Source: Intoshia linei (Eukaryota > Animalia > Orthonectida). Taken from it: a stretch of 50,061 nucleotides of DNA. A model generated the notes under the pieces. That model worked only from the letters and a program-made list of their open reading frames with translations, was not told where the DNA came from and did not search any database. Positions 39,501-50,061 of the stretch are shown piece after piece. Where the stretch lies: positions 1 through 50,061 of the forward strand of contig LWCA01000124.1 in the NCBI GenBank assembly GCA_001642005.1, read 5' to 3'. The position numbers and the translations under genes are program-made. How positions within the stretch are numbered: position 1 is the first letter of the stretch; each line of letters begins with the position of its first letter.

Positions 39501-41252
39501 AAAGATAATTGGGGTATTTGACCGGTAAGATGTGAGCTCTGAGATTGAAATTTATCTTACTTTTACGCCGGTAAAAACTAATAGAAATGTGAAATTTTTA
39601 AAATTTTAAGACTTTTAGTTATTCAAATAAATGATGACACACACAGACAGACAAAGAGACAAAGAGTTTTATATAAGTTGGAAGGTTTTGAGCTAAAAAA
39701 AATTTAGCAGCATTAATATTAAAATGTTTTAAATTGTTTCATAAATATAAGTCATAATTCCAGTTTAACTCACCATTTAATATGTCAATAATCCAGATTA
39801 ATCCATGGAATAATACAGAAAAAGTATTAAAATAAGGAGACTACTTTATTCCAAAAAATTCTGGATATATTTTTGAAAAGTGATAATTTATCAAATGTGA
39901 ATGTTTTTATAAATTAGCTGGCTCCAAAATGAAAAATTATTTGCAATAGCTCAAGATAGATGGAGTTATATATACGATAATTCTGGAATAGAAGTTCACT
40001 GTTTAAAGAAATGGTTCAGAATGAACCGTTTACTATTTTTACCTTACCATTTTTTACTTGTCGGATGTGTAATATTTGTATTATTTATTATATGAAATAT
40101 TTATTTAGAATAGCACTAGTAATTTAAAATTCATGGACATTTCTTTGGGTCAAGAAGTATGCGACCACAACACTAAACTGGGCAAATTAATGGTGATGGA
40201 ACAAAACCCACAAAACGCAGTTATATACTTGGGCCATCAAAAAGGTATTTTAATCTAATCTTTTGAAAAAATTTGCAGGTGTGGTTAGTTTGTGGACACC
40301 AAATAACAAAGAAGCAGTTACGCGGGTTTTATGCCACGGTACAACAATTAGAGACATATCGATAGATATATCCGGAAAGTAATTTTTAATATTCAATATT
40401 TATATATTTTTTAAAGATATATGGCGACAACTGCATCTGATTACTATGTAAAAATTTGGGATTTAAGACACACTTATAAAGAACTGGGTAAATTAAAAGT
40501 TCCCTCTACCAATTCAATTTCATTCTCCCAAACAAACATGTTGGCTGTATCTAGCAGTAAAACTGTTTTGGTATATAAGTGTTTATTAGTTTTCCAACAA
40601 TTTAGATATATAATAATGTCGAATCTCAAGTGAATTTATATTTGAAATCAAAATTACCAAACCATATTAACCAACTTCGGTTTTGTCCGTATGAGGATAT
40701 TTTGGGAGTGGGACACGATGGTGGTTTTTCTAGTTTAATTATTCCTGGTTTGTTTATGTTTTCTTGGCTAATTTGTATTTAGGTTCTGCCATTGCTGATA
40801 TTGATACTTATGAAGACAATCCTTTTGAAACTAAAAAACAAAGAAATGAAAAAGAAATTCACATGTTAATTGATAAGGTACATTATGTATTTCAATTGAT
40901 CCATTAATGTCTTAGATTCAACCGGAATTTATCAATGTCGATTCGACAATTTTATCTACTCTTAGACGGCAAACAGACGAAAACAAAATGAAAAATAAAA
41001 TGCAACAATCGGTTTGAATTTTCAAATTTTCATTTCCTCTATATCACAATTTTATAGGGCGCCGTTTCATATCAAAATAAAATTGACGTCAAATTACGAA
41101 ATCGCAAAAAAGGAGCAAATAAAGCTTCCAAAATCATAAAAAGAAAGCAAGGAGTGCGAGAAGAAATTTCTAAAAAGAAATTTAAAAAACCCCCACAAAA
41201 ATTAAATCAAGATTCTACCGAACCTTTCAATGTTTTAAAAAGATTTGAATAA
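36562..41252 (+). CDS. WDR46: WD repeat protein 46 (UTP7/BING4), SSU processome, multi-exon
   Basis: Has KFDLHLNQFGPYRIKYARNGR|MLLLGGYRGHVASVDW, WLQNEKLFAIAQDRWSYIYDNSGIEVHCLK and FLPYHFLL. The BING4CT region is FCPYEDILGVGHDGGFSSLIIPG...NPFETKKQRNEKEIHMLIDK. The protein ends NVLKRFE*. The start codon is inferred. Confidence 0.92.
37235..37390. mobile_element. Truncated copy of the MER30-like MITE in a WDR46 intron
   Basis: CATTTCTGGGGAAGCAATTACTGTTCGAAGCCCGC...TTTAGTAAAATCTTATGAGAAAAAACCAAAA matches 30393-30620 and the copy at 41943. Confidence 0.7.
38572..39682 (-). mobile_element. Diverged full-length Helitron with an internal inserted repeat, in a WDR46 intron
   Basis: The minus-strand 5' end is TCCAACTTATATAAAA followed by a (TCTG/TG) microsatellite. 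The 3' end is GCCCTCGACAGAGCTAGGTGCTGTTTGTACG...CAGCCAAGCTAG. The interval at about 38930-39240 is not found in the other copies. Confidence 0.65.
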
Positions 41253-41265
41253 ATTTTAAATATAT

Positions 41266-41644
41266 TTAATCAGGATAAGGTTGAAATTTTCCTTGATTAG
41301 GATTTGAGTTCATTTCGGGATACTGTGATTTATTTGAATTTGGAGGCATTGTTTGTGAGTTGTATTGTTTCGGAATTTGTTGGTTCATGTTTTGTGGATA
41401 AGCATTGATTGTATGAAATTGTGGATTGGATAAGCCAGGGTGAGTGGAACCACTTTGGATACCCTTTTTCTAAATTTTTTAAGATTTTGATTAAAATTCA
41501 AAAATTTACCTGCATTTTCTTCATTTTTTTTTGTTGCTTTTTCATCTCTTTTTGTTGCTTGTTCAATTTCTTTTTACCATAATCAGAACTCGAACTAGAA
41601 GAACTAGAGCTTGAACTAGATCTATGTTTCTTTGATTTTCCCAT
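41266..41644 (-). CDS. Small (112 aa) Ser-run / Lys-Gln-Met / Pro-Asn-Gln-rich protein; exons 41644-41510 and 41469-41266
   Basis: Reads MGKSKKHR(S)11DYGKKKLNKQQKEMKKQQKKMKKMQ|KKGIQSGSTHPGLSNPQF...FQPYPD*, with a 40-nt phase-0 GT-AG intron. The Ser run uses mixed codons (TCT/AGT/TCA/AGC/TCG), consistent with real coding sequence. Confidence 0.72.
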
Positions 41645-41753
41645 TAATGTAGAATAGACAGATAAATCAATCAACTTTATTATTATTTAATGCATATTGT
41701 AAATTTGTTGCTAGTTGTTACTTTCAGAATTATTTTGTTATTGTATACGTTTT
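41645..41753. promoter_or_regulatory. Probable compact bidirectional promoter (109 bp between divergent ATGs)
   Basis: Inferred only from the head-to-head start codons at 41644 (-) and 41754 (+). No specific motif was identified. Confidence 0.4.
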
Positions 41754-43034
41754 ATGCCAATTATTCCGAACTTTGAAGAAATTATCGACAAAGAAGATAA
41801 TAGTGATTGTTCAAATGAATCGGATTCATATAGTACTTTTATCATTTCGTCTTAATTTTATAAGGGTTACTAACCTATAATTCGCATTTATGTTTTAATT
41901 ATTTTTTAATCCAATATGAAACATTGTTGTAATATTATAAATCATTTGTGGGGAAGCATTTACGGTTCGAAGGCCGCACTAATATCCCAAATAAAATTAA
42001 TAAGACCGCAACTTTATAAAATTTATTTAAATACAGCAGTGCTTCTCATAGGAGTGACTGGTCACCCCAAGGCATGAATAATTTTATTAGAGAGTGAATA
42101 TGAAAATTTTGGATGATTTGGGGTGATGATGATGATACCAAATTTTTTTCAAAATCCCATTTTGCCAAAAATTAATATTTTAAAAATAATTAAAATTGTT
42201 CAGAAGGCCGCATGCGGCCTTAAGTTCACACTTTCTTATTTCTGTTCTAAATAAAGGTTTTTTTTAAACCGGGGGTCGTGAGGATTTGAAAATTTAATTA
42301 ATATATTTTTTATTTGTGTAAATTGATATAATGTTTGGAATATATAGAAAATTTTTGTGTCGCGAATACAAAAAGGTTCTAAACCATTATTATAAATGAA
42401 ATAAATAAACAATTGGATTTTTAAATCATTTTTATATATTTTGGGTAAATGTACTGATATATTCTCGAATTTTAAAATTTACAAATTAGATATTTTATAT
42501 TTTTATTAGAGTACACACCATTGGTCAATGATGATGTCGATAGTAGTGAGTACAGTTTACAAAAATGTATTTTTGATTCGATTTTAGCGAAAACGAGTGT
42601 TGTACAAATTTAAATGAAAATAACATTGATATAAATATTTTAAAAGCATTTATGGTTATTCCATCTTCACAGAATACTAATGATTCAGATCAAGATTCCA
42701 CAAACTCGGTTCAACCGAAAACTAAACCTTCACACATTAAATCAATAAATAACAAGTATTCAAATATAACCTTACCTAAAGTAAAGCTAAATAATACAGA
42801 GGTAATTATTTTTGTATACAAATTTTGATTTGAAATGAATTATTAGCAACATTGTGAAAGTTATGATGAAGGTATGTATTTATGTGCATTAATTGATTAG
42901 TAGAAATTTCTCGACGAGTGGAAAATTTTGTTGGAAAAATACCGAGATTAAATAATGAACCATCTTGGGTAAACTTGTCAGACAAAGAATTTGAATCAGT
43001 GGTGAAAAAAATGTTGAAAAGAAACAATAAATAG
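41754..43034 (+). CDS. MEA1: Male-enhanced antigen 1-like acidic protein, multi-exon
   Basis: Has an acidic N-terminus (MPIIPNFEEIIDKEDNSD), then KYTPLVNDD (compare MEA1 YQPLNQD) and the C-terminus EPSWVNLSDKEFESVVKKML (compare [20 protein letters not shown]). Internal splice sites are partly uncertain. Confidence 0.6.
41943..42244. mobile_element. MER30-like hAT MITE in intron 1 of the MEA1-like gene
   Basis: Reads CATTTGTGGGGAAGCA...GGCCGCATGCGGCC...CACTTTCTTATTTCTG, with flanks TTATAAAT and TTCTAAAT (7/8 TSD). Confidence 0.75.
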
Positions 43035-43042
43035 TTTATTAT

Positions 43043-46000
43043 TTAAACCATCATTCGCGCTCCAGGTAGGTAATATGAGTCCCTCCAAATGTTTGTTTCT
43101 CCAATGTTCTTAACATTTCGTTGACATTGTTTGCTTAATATATTTTTATATATTGTAAAACATAATGTTACCATCTTTTGTATTTATCGCATTGTTCCAA
43201 TAATCGCAAATCTGGAGGTATTTTATCGAATTTATGTTCATCTTCCTCGCGTTTTTTCTTCAAATCGTTCTGATAAAATTTAATACAAATATTTACTAAA
43301 TCGTACCATCTCTAGCCAACTGTCTTCTAATCCCTTTCGATTCAAAAATTGTTTTATATACTTGTTTATTCGTTCATTTTTAACACTAAATTATACCATA
43401 AGTTACGAAAATTCAGTTAATAATAATTTACTCTTCCATGTTCTTTTTCACGAGCATTGCGTCTTGATTGATTTCATTCATAATGCCATTATGATATTTT
43501 ATATTTTTTTCTTTGATTGCATTTAATTGATCGAGGTAAACATTATACGCCCTTTGTCGTTTTAATGCATTTGGTTCCGTGTCATCTCTGTTTGTACTGA
43601 ATGGGCAATCTCTTTTATTTAATATATCATTAAGTTTAATCATTTTATCACGTTGCTTTTGTTTATAGTTTTCCTAGAATTTTTGATATTTAAATTTAGT
43701 CATGTTAGTAAAATAATTACTTGAATTTTTAGAGCATTTCTATATTTTTCTTGAGATTCAAATTTTAACTGTTTTGCATTCTTTCTTTCCTTTTCGATTC
43801 TGTAAAATAAAATGTAAAAATATTTGTTATTAAAATACGATTCTTTGATCCATTTCTGTTCTATTTGCCCTTCTTTTAAATTATCAATTTTTTGTTGTGA
43901 TTTTTCTCCTTCATTTAGTTTGATCTACGTAAATAAATTATTTACCTGTTAGTACATAGTGTAATATGATAGAAATTGATATATTTCACATTCAATTTGA
44001 GACTTGTTTTCCAAAATAAATTACTAATTTATAAAAAAGAATGAAAAACATTCATATATTCATATTTAACTTTGGTTTTAGTAAGAGATCCAAAAATCGG
44101 GATGCGCAGGTATATGTGACTTGTTAAAAGAAACAACGGCGATAGATAAAACATTTTTCACGTTTTAATGATTTAGTTAAAAATGTACATTAACATTACA
44201 AGTCTGTCTGTTATTTTATTAGTTTTTCGAGTGTAATGTTTTATCTGTAAATTTCATTTAATGAAATTGATTCATTTAAGGTCAAAAACCCATTAGCCTT
44301 TTTTTTAAAATAAAAAATGTCCTAGAATTTTATACAACATAAATTGTGGAATCGTTTTTAAAATCTTAAACATTATCAATGATAATTTATCATACATCGC
44401 AAACCCATAAACGTTAATTTTCAATATCAAAACCTCAGATTTCCATTTTTTCTCAGGGTTCTGGTACGATAAGTTTGGCTCTGTAATGGGATGACAAAAA
44501 AGTTTAATAACCACTGATATAATGTATTAAATTGAACTAATTGATGATAATGTCCATCAATGATGGACATTATATTGACAAAAATGTACCTGCTGAATAA
44601 GATCATTTAAATATTTCTTTTGTTTGTCTACTTGAATAGGTGTAATATTTCTTTTATGGAAGACATATGACGTCTAAAGTTTTTACATATATTATAATAC
44701 AATTCCTTATAAAATATGTTAAAGCACAATGAGAATTTATGCGACGCCTGAATCCAGTCAACATAATTATTCAAAAATAAATTTACACCACTCAACCTTG
44801 ATTTATATGTAAAAATTAGCAAAACCTTGCTAAGTATAAATAAATGATGAATCTTACATATTCAAATGTATAATAATAAAGTAAGTATAATATACTCTTG
44901 GACTGATTCTATTATTCTTTGATAGTATAAAAATCATCCAAATATAATTTATTATTTACATCCCTATTTATTTATTATTATTTCCGTTAGAAATTTTTAA
45001 TATAACGCTGGTTTTTAAGTTTGGTTTTGATTAAAACTTATTAGTGAATAATAGATACGTTAAATGATTTATGTTCAGAATTTTTATTTTTTTCGTTATG
45101 CAGCGCTTCTGCTATTCCAAGATTATAAGCAGCTTGTTGTTGATATTTTTTTCGTTTTTCCAATTCAGAATTCTAAATATATTAATCCATTTTTAACTAA
45201 TATAATTTGCTAAAATTGAGCGCAAATATTAGATATATAATTTGATGTAGATGAGATATAATTTAATATTAGATGTATTTACAATTAACTATATATAGTA
45301 TATATTATATACATTTATGTATGTATAGTTCAGTGATTCCCAAAGTGGCCGATTAATTCAGTTGGGGAGATTTTAATCAATATTATGTAGTACAGACTAA
45401 TTTTTATTTAAAGGAATTCCTCGTTAACGGTACAGATTCTTGATAAACGGATTGCATTTTTTGAAGTTAAAAATTGATTCCGTTAAATTTTAACTTAAAA
45501 TGACTAGCATCATAATTATACTAAAGCTTTTTCGGTTTTTAAAAAATTAGCAAATTAAAAGTTTTAAATACGTATAACATTTTATTTTCTTCTTGGTTAA
45601 TGATGATAATAATGGTTGATTATTCATTACATGAAATGACCTGCAAATATAGGATGAAAATAAATTTTTTCATTGTTTTAATCCAGTGTTTCCCGTTCAA
45701 ATAGTGTACGGACCCCCATTTCAAAATATTCATTATTTGGACCTCAAGGGAAAGATGAAATATAAAACATTGATAAAAAAATTAAAGATTTTTCATCGTA
45801 GGATTTAGTAAAATCGTGTTTTTGAAACAAATATTGGAAAACGAGGAATTTTTTGTTTTGTGTTTTGGATTTGGAAGTTGTTACTCGTAAGATTTAGTAA
45901 AATCGGATTTTTCAAAATAATATTGGAAAAGAAGGATATTTCCATAATCAACACTTAGAAACTATAAAATGTTAAAAATTCTCTCATAAAATTTTAAATA

Positions 46001-48445
46001 AACAATAAACATTGATCAAAATTTTTCTATATTTTATTTGAATCTCACGAACCCCCAGGCATATAATTTTGAGCCGCAATCGGGAACCACTGTTTTAATG
46101 TATAATTTGTATATGTATATGTTATGACATAGTGATAATAATTAAAATCAATGTAAGAATATATACATCCAAAATGAGTTTTATTAAATCCCCGCTTACA
46201 GTATAATCCAGTTTATCACAATTCCATACATTGTCTGGCTTATTTTTAGAAATTTTCTTTTTATTTAAATATTTGAAAAAGAATGGAACATTTATTAATA
46301 AATACAGTTAGAAAAACGTTATTTTTAGAGATGACTCAATAGTAACGTAAAAAATATAAATTTTGGCCCATATAATATTTGTTATAATTTTAATTAGTTG
46401 TAACGAAGTTTCTGTTTATATTTATGTAAGATTTTTCGAATAAACCCCCATTATCACATTGAAACTAATTTCTATCCCATCGCTTGTAATTGTTATCACA
46501 TTGACAATTGTTATTCTATTTTGAATTTAGCAATTATAATAATTATCACATCAGTTGTAATTATTTACATTATTACGTTAGTAATTTAATTTAAATATAC
46601 ATGATGAAATATATAGTTTTGTATAGAGAGAATCGACTGTAATACCGGTAGTACCGGTATATCTGTTTTGAAAAGTTTTTTAATGAATCATTGATTAAAA
46701 TTGCTTTAATGGTATTAAAAAATGTTAAAATAAAAGAATGATTTATTTAAAATTTAAATTAGAAAATATGCTTAAATTTTCTTATGACTCTTGAAAATCG
46801 CCTGGAACTAACAATTCTATCCCTGTTTTAATAAAAAATTACTTTTTTGTTAGTGTAATATTCAGTGTTAACCATTTCATTATATTTTTGATACAATTCA
46901 TCTTCATCGGTATCTTGTTGCCTTTTTTGTTCAGAAAAACTGACATAAACATTTTTTCTGTTTTTTTGGTGACACAAATAGCACAATTCTTGCCCACCTG
47001 AGGAATGAAATTCACAAGTACCTACATACATATGTATATTTAAAATTCCAAAATACACTCAACAATAGATCTTAAATCATGAGTTATTCAAATAATTCAT
47101 ACTGGACCCTTCCTTTTTTTATTTGTCATAGCCACCGTAAAATCGACTTAATTTAAGTCTTAAATGCTCATAAATTAAAAATAAATTATTAAGGAATATT
47201 TCATTGGCGCACCTAGAGTTGAAAAAACCGAAATATTCAATATACAATTCGCAAGAGATGAAAAATTGTTTAACTAATCAATTAAATCTTATTGATTAAA
47301 AGGATAATTACTAGCAGCAACTGATTCGCTTTTGATTGAATCAATTTTAGGTAAATTGTTTGGAATCTTGTTTAAATTAATACTGTTTTTGTTTTCAAAA
47401 ATATCAATGTTATCGAAATCTTTTTCATTAATAGTAAGAATGTCATTATTGACTTTATTTTGTGTAGGTTTCAGTGTAAGTTCATTTAAAGATAACCGTG
47501 GAGCAGTTTTTTGAGATTCACAATCATATACTGTAAAAGATGCGGTAGGTATGTTGAATTTATAGTTTTCATTTTGATCAAAAATGTCTTGTTTTGTACA
47601 TTCACTATTAAAAATGTTTTTATCTTTTTGTAAATTGTCATTTGGTAAAGGTTTGGGCCTAATATACAATTATAATAATAAAATGAATAAATAAAAAAAA
47701 TACTTGTTAAATCTTGGCAAAACAACAGTGCTTCTAGATTGAAATGTTGAATTAGTTTTATAAGTTATTAGCGACGAGTAGTCCATAATCTATTATAAAA
47801 TTATATAATAATACTAATGCCTACATTGTTGTATTCAGAATGATCAACTTGGTTATTAATAGATTTTACAAAAGATTTGTAAAATTTCATTTTAGGACAA
47901 TTATCTCGGATGATGAGTTTTCCAAGCGATTTTAATCTAAATTCAACTTTCCCGGTTTGAGCTAATGTCCTATTTAATGTTAAAATAGTTTCATTTATGC
48001 AGTCTTCTATAACGCATCGTTCAATATCTAAATCTCTCGACAAACTGCTTAAATTTAGTGGTTTCACGTTTATATCTAAGTTTTATTACATCACGTATAC
48101 GGTATTATTTACTTGACACATATATGGGACGATTGTAGTTTAATTGGTGAGTTTGAACAATTTTTTCAGATAAAATAAAAATTGGACGAGTGAATGGCAC
48201 AATCCCCTGTGAACTGGTGTAAATACTTTTATTTTCGATAATAAACGTCCCAAATGAACTTATGACAACTCCCTAAATGAAAATGGTATATTTTAATTAA
48301 AAATACAATTTACTTTATCGGACTTCAAATTTGATACAATTTCTTTTGCGACTTGTGTCCAAATCTCGCATGCGTCTAGAATTTGCAATAGTTTATAAAT
48401 AGTAAAATTTTAATTCATACTGCCGACATTCTCTGGTTTTGACAT
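43043..48445 (-). CDS. CCDC81: Coiled-coil domain-containing protein 81 (N-terminal HU/IHF-like domains; cilia/centrosome), multi-exon
   Basis: The N-part has IWTQVAKEI...K|GVVISSFGTF...RP and PLNLSSLS...ERCVIEDCINETILTLNRTL...VEFRLKSLGKLIIRDNCPKMKFYKSF. The middle has GQELCYLCHQK.RKNVYVSF and the C-terminus is NVGETNIWRDSYYLPGARMMV*. The start may lie further upstream. Confidence 0.9.
45684..46092. mobile_element. hAT MITE (~410 bp) in a CCDC81 intron
   Basis: TIRs are CAGTGTTTCCCG and CGGGAACCACTG, with TSD TTTTAATC / TTTTAATG (7/8, central TA). There is an internal direct repeat GATTTAGTAAAATCG...TATTGGAAA. Confidence 0.8.
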
Positions 48446-48909
48446 TTTCCTGTGGTATTTTTCAATTTAAAACACTAATTAAACAGGCCACATTGAGTTA
48501 CTTTTAATAAATTATGTTTAATAGGTAAATCTTTGTTTTCGTTTAATCCAAGGCAATTGTATTAGATTATGCGGAATACAATAAATGTGTATATTAATAT
48601 ATTTCTATATTTCTTGGTTTTTATAGTTCAAATTTACTAAACTTAATATACTCATTGTTTACAAATTTTAATTATTTATCGTACACACTTCTAATCAATT
48701 AATTTTATGATTGCAACAATATGAGTTAAACTACAAGCTCATTTTCTCGTCATTTTCGATAATAGTTTTGAGGTTTCACAATTTTTAGAAACACATGAAT
48801 GCTCATCATCTTTCAGTTGTTAGTTAATAAATAGTTTTCGTTAAAATGTGATTGTAACGTTAAGAACTTGCATGGTGTTAAATATTTTACTGTAATGAGT
48901 TATATAGAT

Positions 48910-49520
48910 CAGCCATTTTCAACGAGGTCCATGTGGACCCTTTGGGGTCAACAGCACTTTTTTGGAGGTCCATGAAAATAATATACATTTATATACATAT
49001 TATAGACATTTTCAGTAACATAAAGGCTCAGAAATACTAATATAAAACGTGCAAATTATGTAAAAGTAAATTCTTTGGTATTAAATTACTTACAAGTGTA
49101 AAAACTGATTGGGAAACCTCCATTGTTCTATTTTTTGAGCAGCGGTTTTATTTAATTATTTTATTAATATTTATGACCGAGCCAAGTTTCTAGTCATAAA
49201 AAAAAGCTTTAAATTTAAAATTGAAAATGGGACAAAAAATCAGTCAATATTCATGATTCTGATACATCAACTAAGGGATATAAAATATTATCTTTTTACA
49301 GGGAAGATAGATAATATAAACTTTTTATTGATGTGATAAAATATATAGTAAACAATTAATAATGTACTGTAAACAATACCTGAAGAACATGTTCCATTTT
49401 GGGAACATTGATGGGTTAAAGGTTAATATTAATAGTTCATCATCTCGTAAAAATAGAGTACTCCATGTTTTTTGTAATATCATCTTAGGGTCCACAGCGA
49501 AAAAGGGTTGAGAATGCCTG
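48910..49520. mobile_element. Buster-type hAT MITE (~610 bp)
   Basis: TIRs are CAGCCATTTTCAAC and GTTGAGAATGCCTG (12/14), with a perfect 8-bp TSD ATATAGAT. GGTCCA/GGACCC subterminal motifs are present. Confidence 0.9.
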
Positions 49521-49719
49521 ATATAGATAGTTTATTTTAAAAAACTGTCAATAAACAAATTTATTAAAAACTAAATATAAAGTACATTGCATTGCCAACA
49601 TTTTAGAATAAATATAATTAACTAAATAATTGCATATTATTTATTTTTTAATTTGTTCAATAATTTTTTTTGTGGAAATTCCGGGAATTTAGTCCCGATA
49701 CTTTTCCAGAGAACAATCA

Positions 49720-49885
49720 CTACCCACAATCATCTTCAAAACCATTTAAAATTTGGGTAAAAAATTCCTCTAAAAATACCAACCAAATTTTAGGACCAAA
49801 AATATCTTTAAAATCTATAAAAATGGGGTATCAAAATTTTTCTAAGTAGAAACCCACAAAACTTGGGTCAAAAAATCAATAATAT
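49720..49885. repeat. Dispersed degenerate A-tract repeat, second copy at about 39050-39235
   Basis: Both copies share TCTTCAAAA...AAAA.T.GGTAAAAAA.T.CTCT.AAAA...GTCAAAAAATCAATAATAT and show an internal ~62-bp periodicity. Confidence 0.55.
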
Positions 49886-50061
49886 GATTCATTAGATACA
49901 TCGATTATTATGTCGCTCTAAGATCTAGTTTATGTTGGTAATTACTTTGGTGGGTTTACCATGTTTTTAGACCATTTGAACAATCTAATGTGTACATTAT
50001 AAATTTGTAATGTATTAGGTCGTTTCATAAGTAATGTCGTTTTTATTGTAACTTTATTATA

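Noticed and set aside
29608-47725. ORFs at 29608, 30630, 31722, 32234, 35282, 42806, 44305, 47332 and 47486
   Set aside because: They are antisense or off-frame to mGluR, ZFPL1, MEA1-like or CCDC81 exons, or they lie within intronic repeat-rich DNA.
1-50061. tRNA, rRNA or other structured ncRNA genes, and prokaryotic or viral systems
   Set aside because: No cloverleaf, rRNA-like or operon-like signal was recognised by eye. A covariance-model scan (tRNAscan-SE/Infernal) would be needed to exclude small intronic RNAs.

Overview
Very AT-rich, gene-dense eukaryotic (animal) genomic DNA, not prokaryotic. Most introns are tiny (about 35-51 nt), and the longer introns and 5' intergenic spaces are filled with DNA-transposon debris. 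The combination of AT richness, tiny introns and strongly divergent metazoan proteins suggests a reduced parasitic spiralian such as the orthonectid Intoshia, but that is inference only. Genes reconstructed by hand are: kanadaptin/SLC4A1AP (3' exons), a hugely expanded TTI1, a putative PTB-like tyrosine-motif adaptor, parvin, an uncharacterised secreted protein, a group II-like metabotropic glutamate receptor, ZFPL1, WDR46/UTP7, a small Ser/Lys/Pro-rich protein, an MEA1-like gene and CCDC81. Mobile DNA includes the 5' part of a Buster-type hAT transposase, several hAT MITEs with 8-bp TSDs, a non-autonomous Helitron family (8 or more copies or fragments) and a decayed Chapaev3 transposase. The most unusual observations are three. 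(1) TTI1 carries an approximately 1,300-aa low-complexity insertion in the middle of its helical-repeat scaffold. (2) Ten of the eleven host genes form five tail-to-tail pairs whose stop codons are only 8-40 bp apart, usually with poly(A) hexamers at the stop codons. (3) The mGluR has Met in place of the canonical glutamate-binding Lys. All family assignments come from remembered motifs, not database searches.
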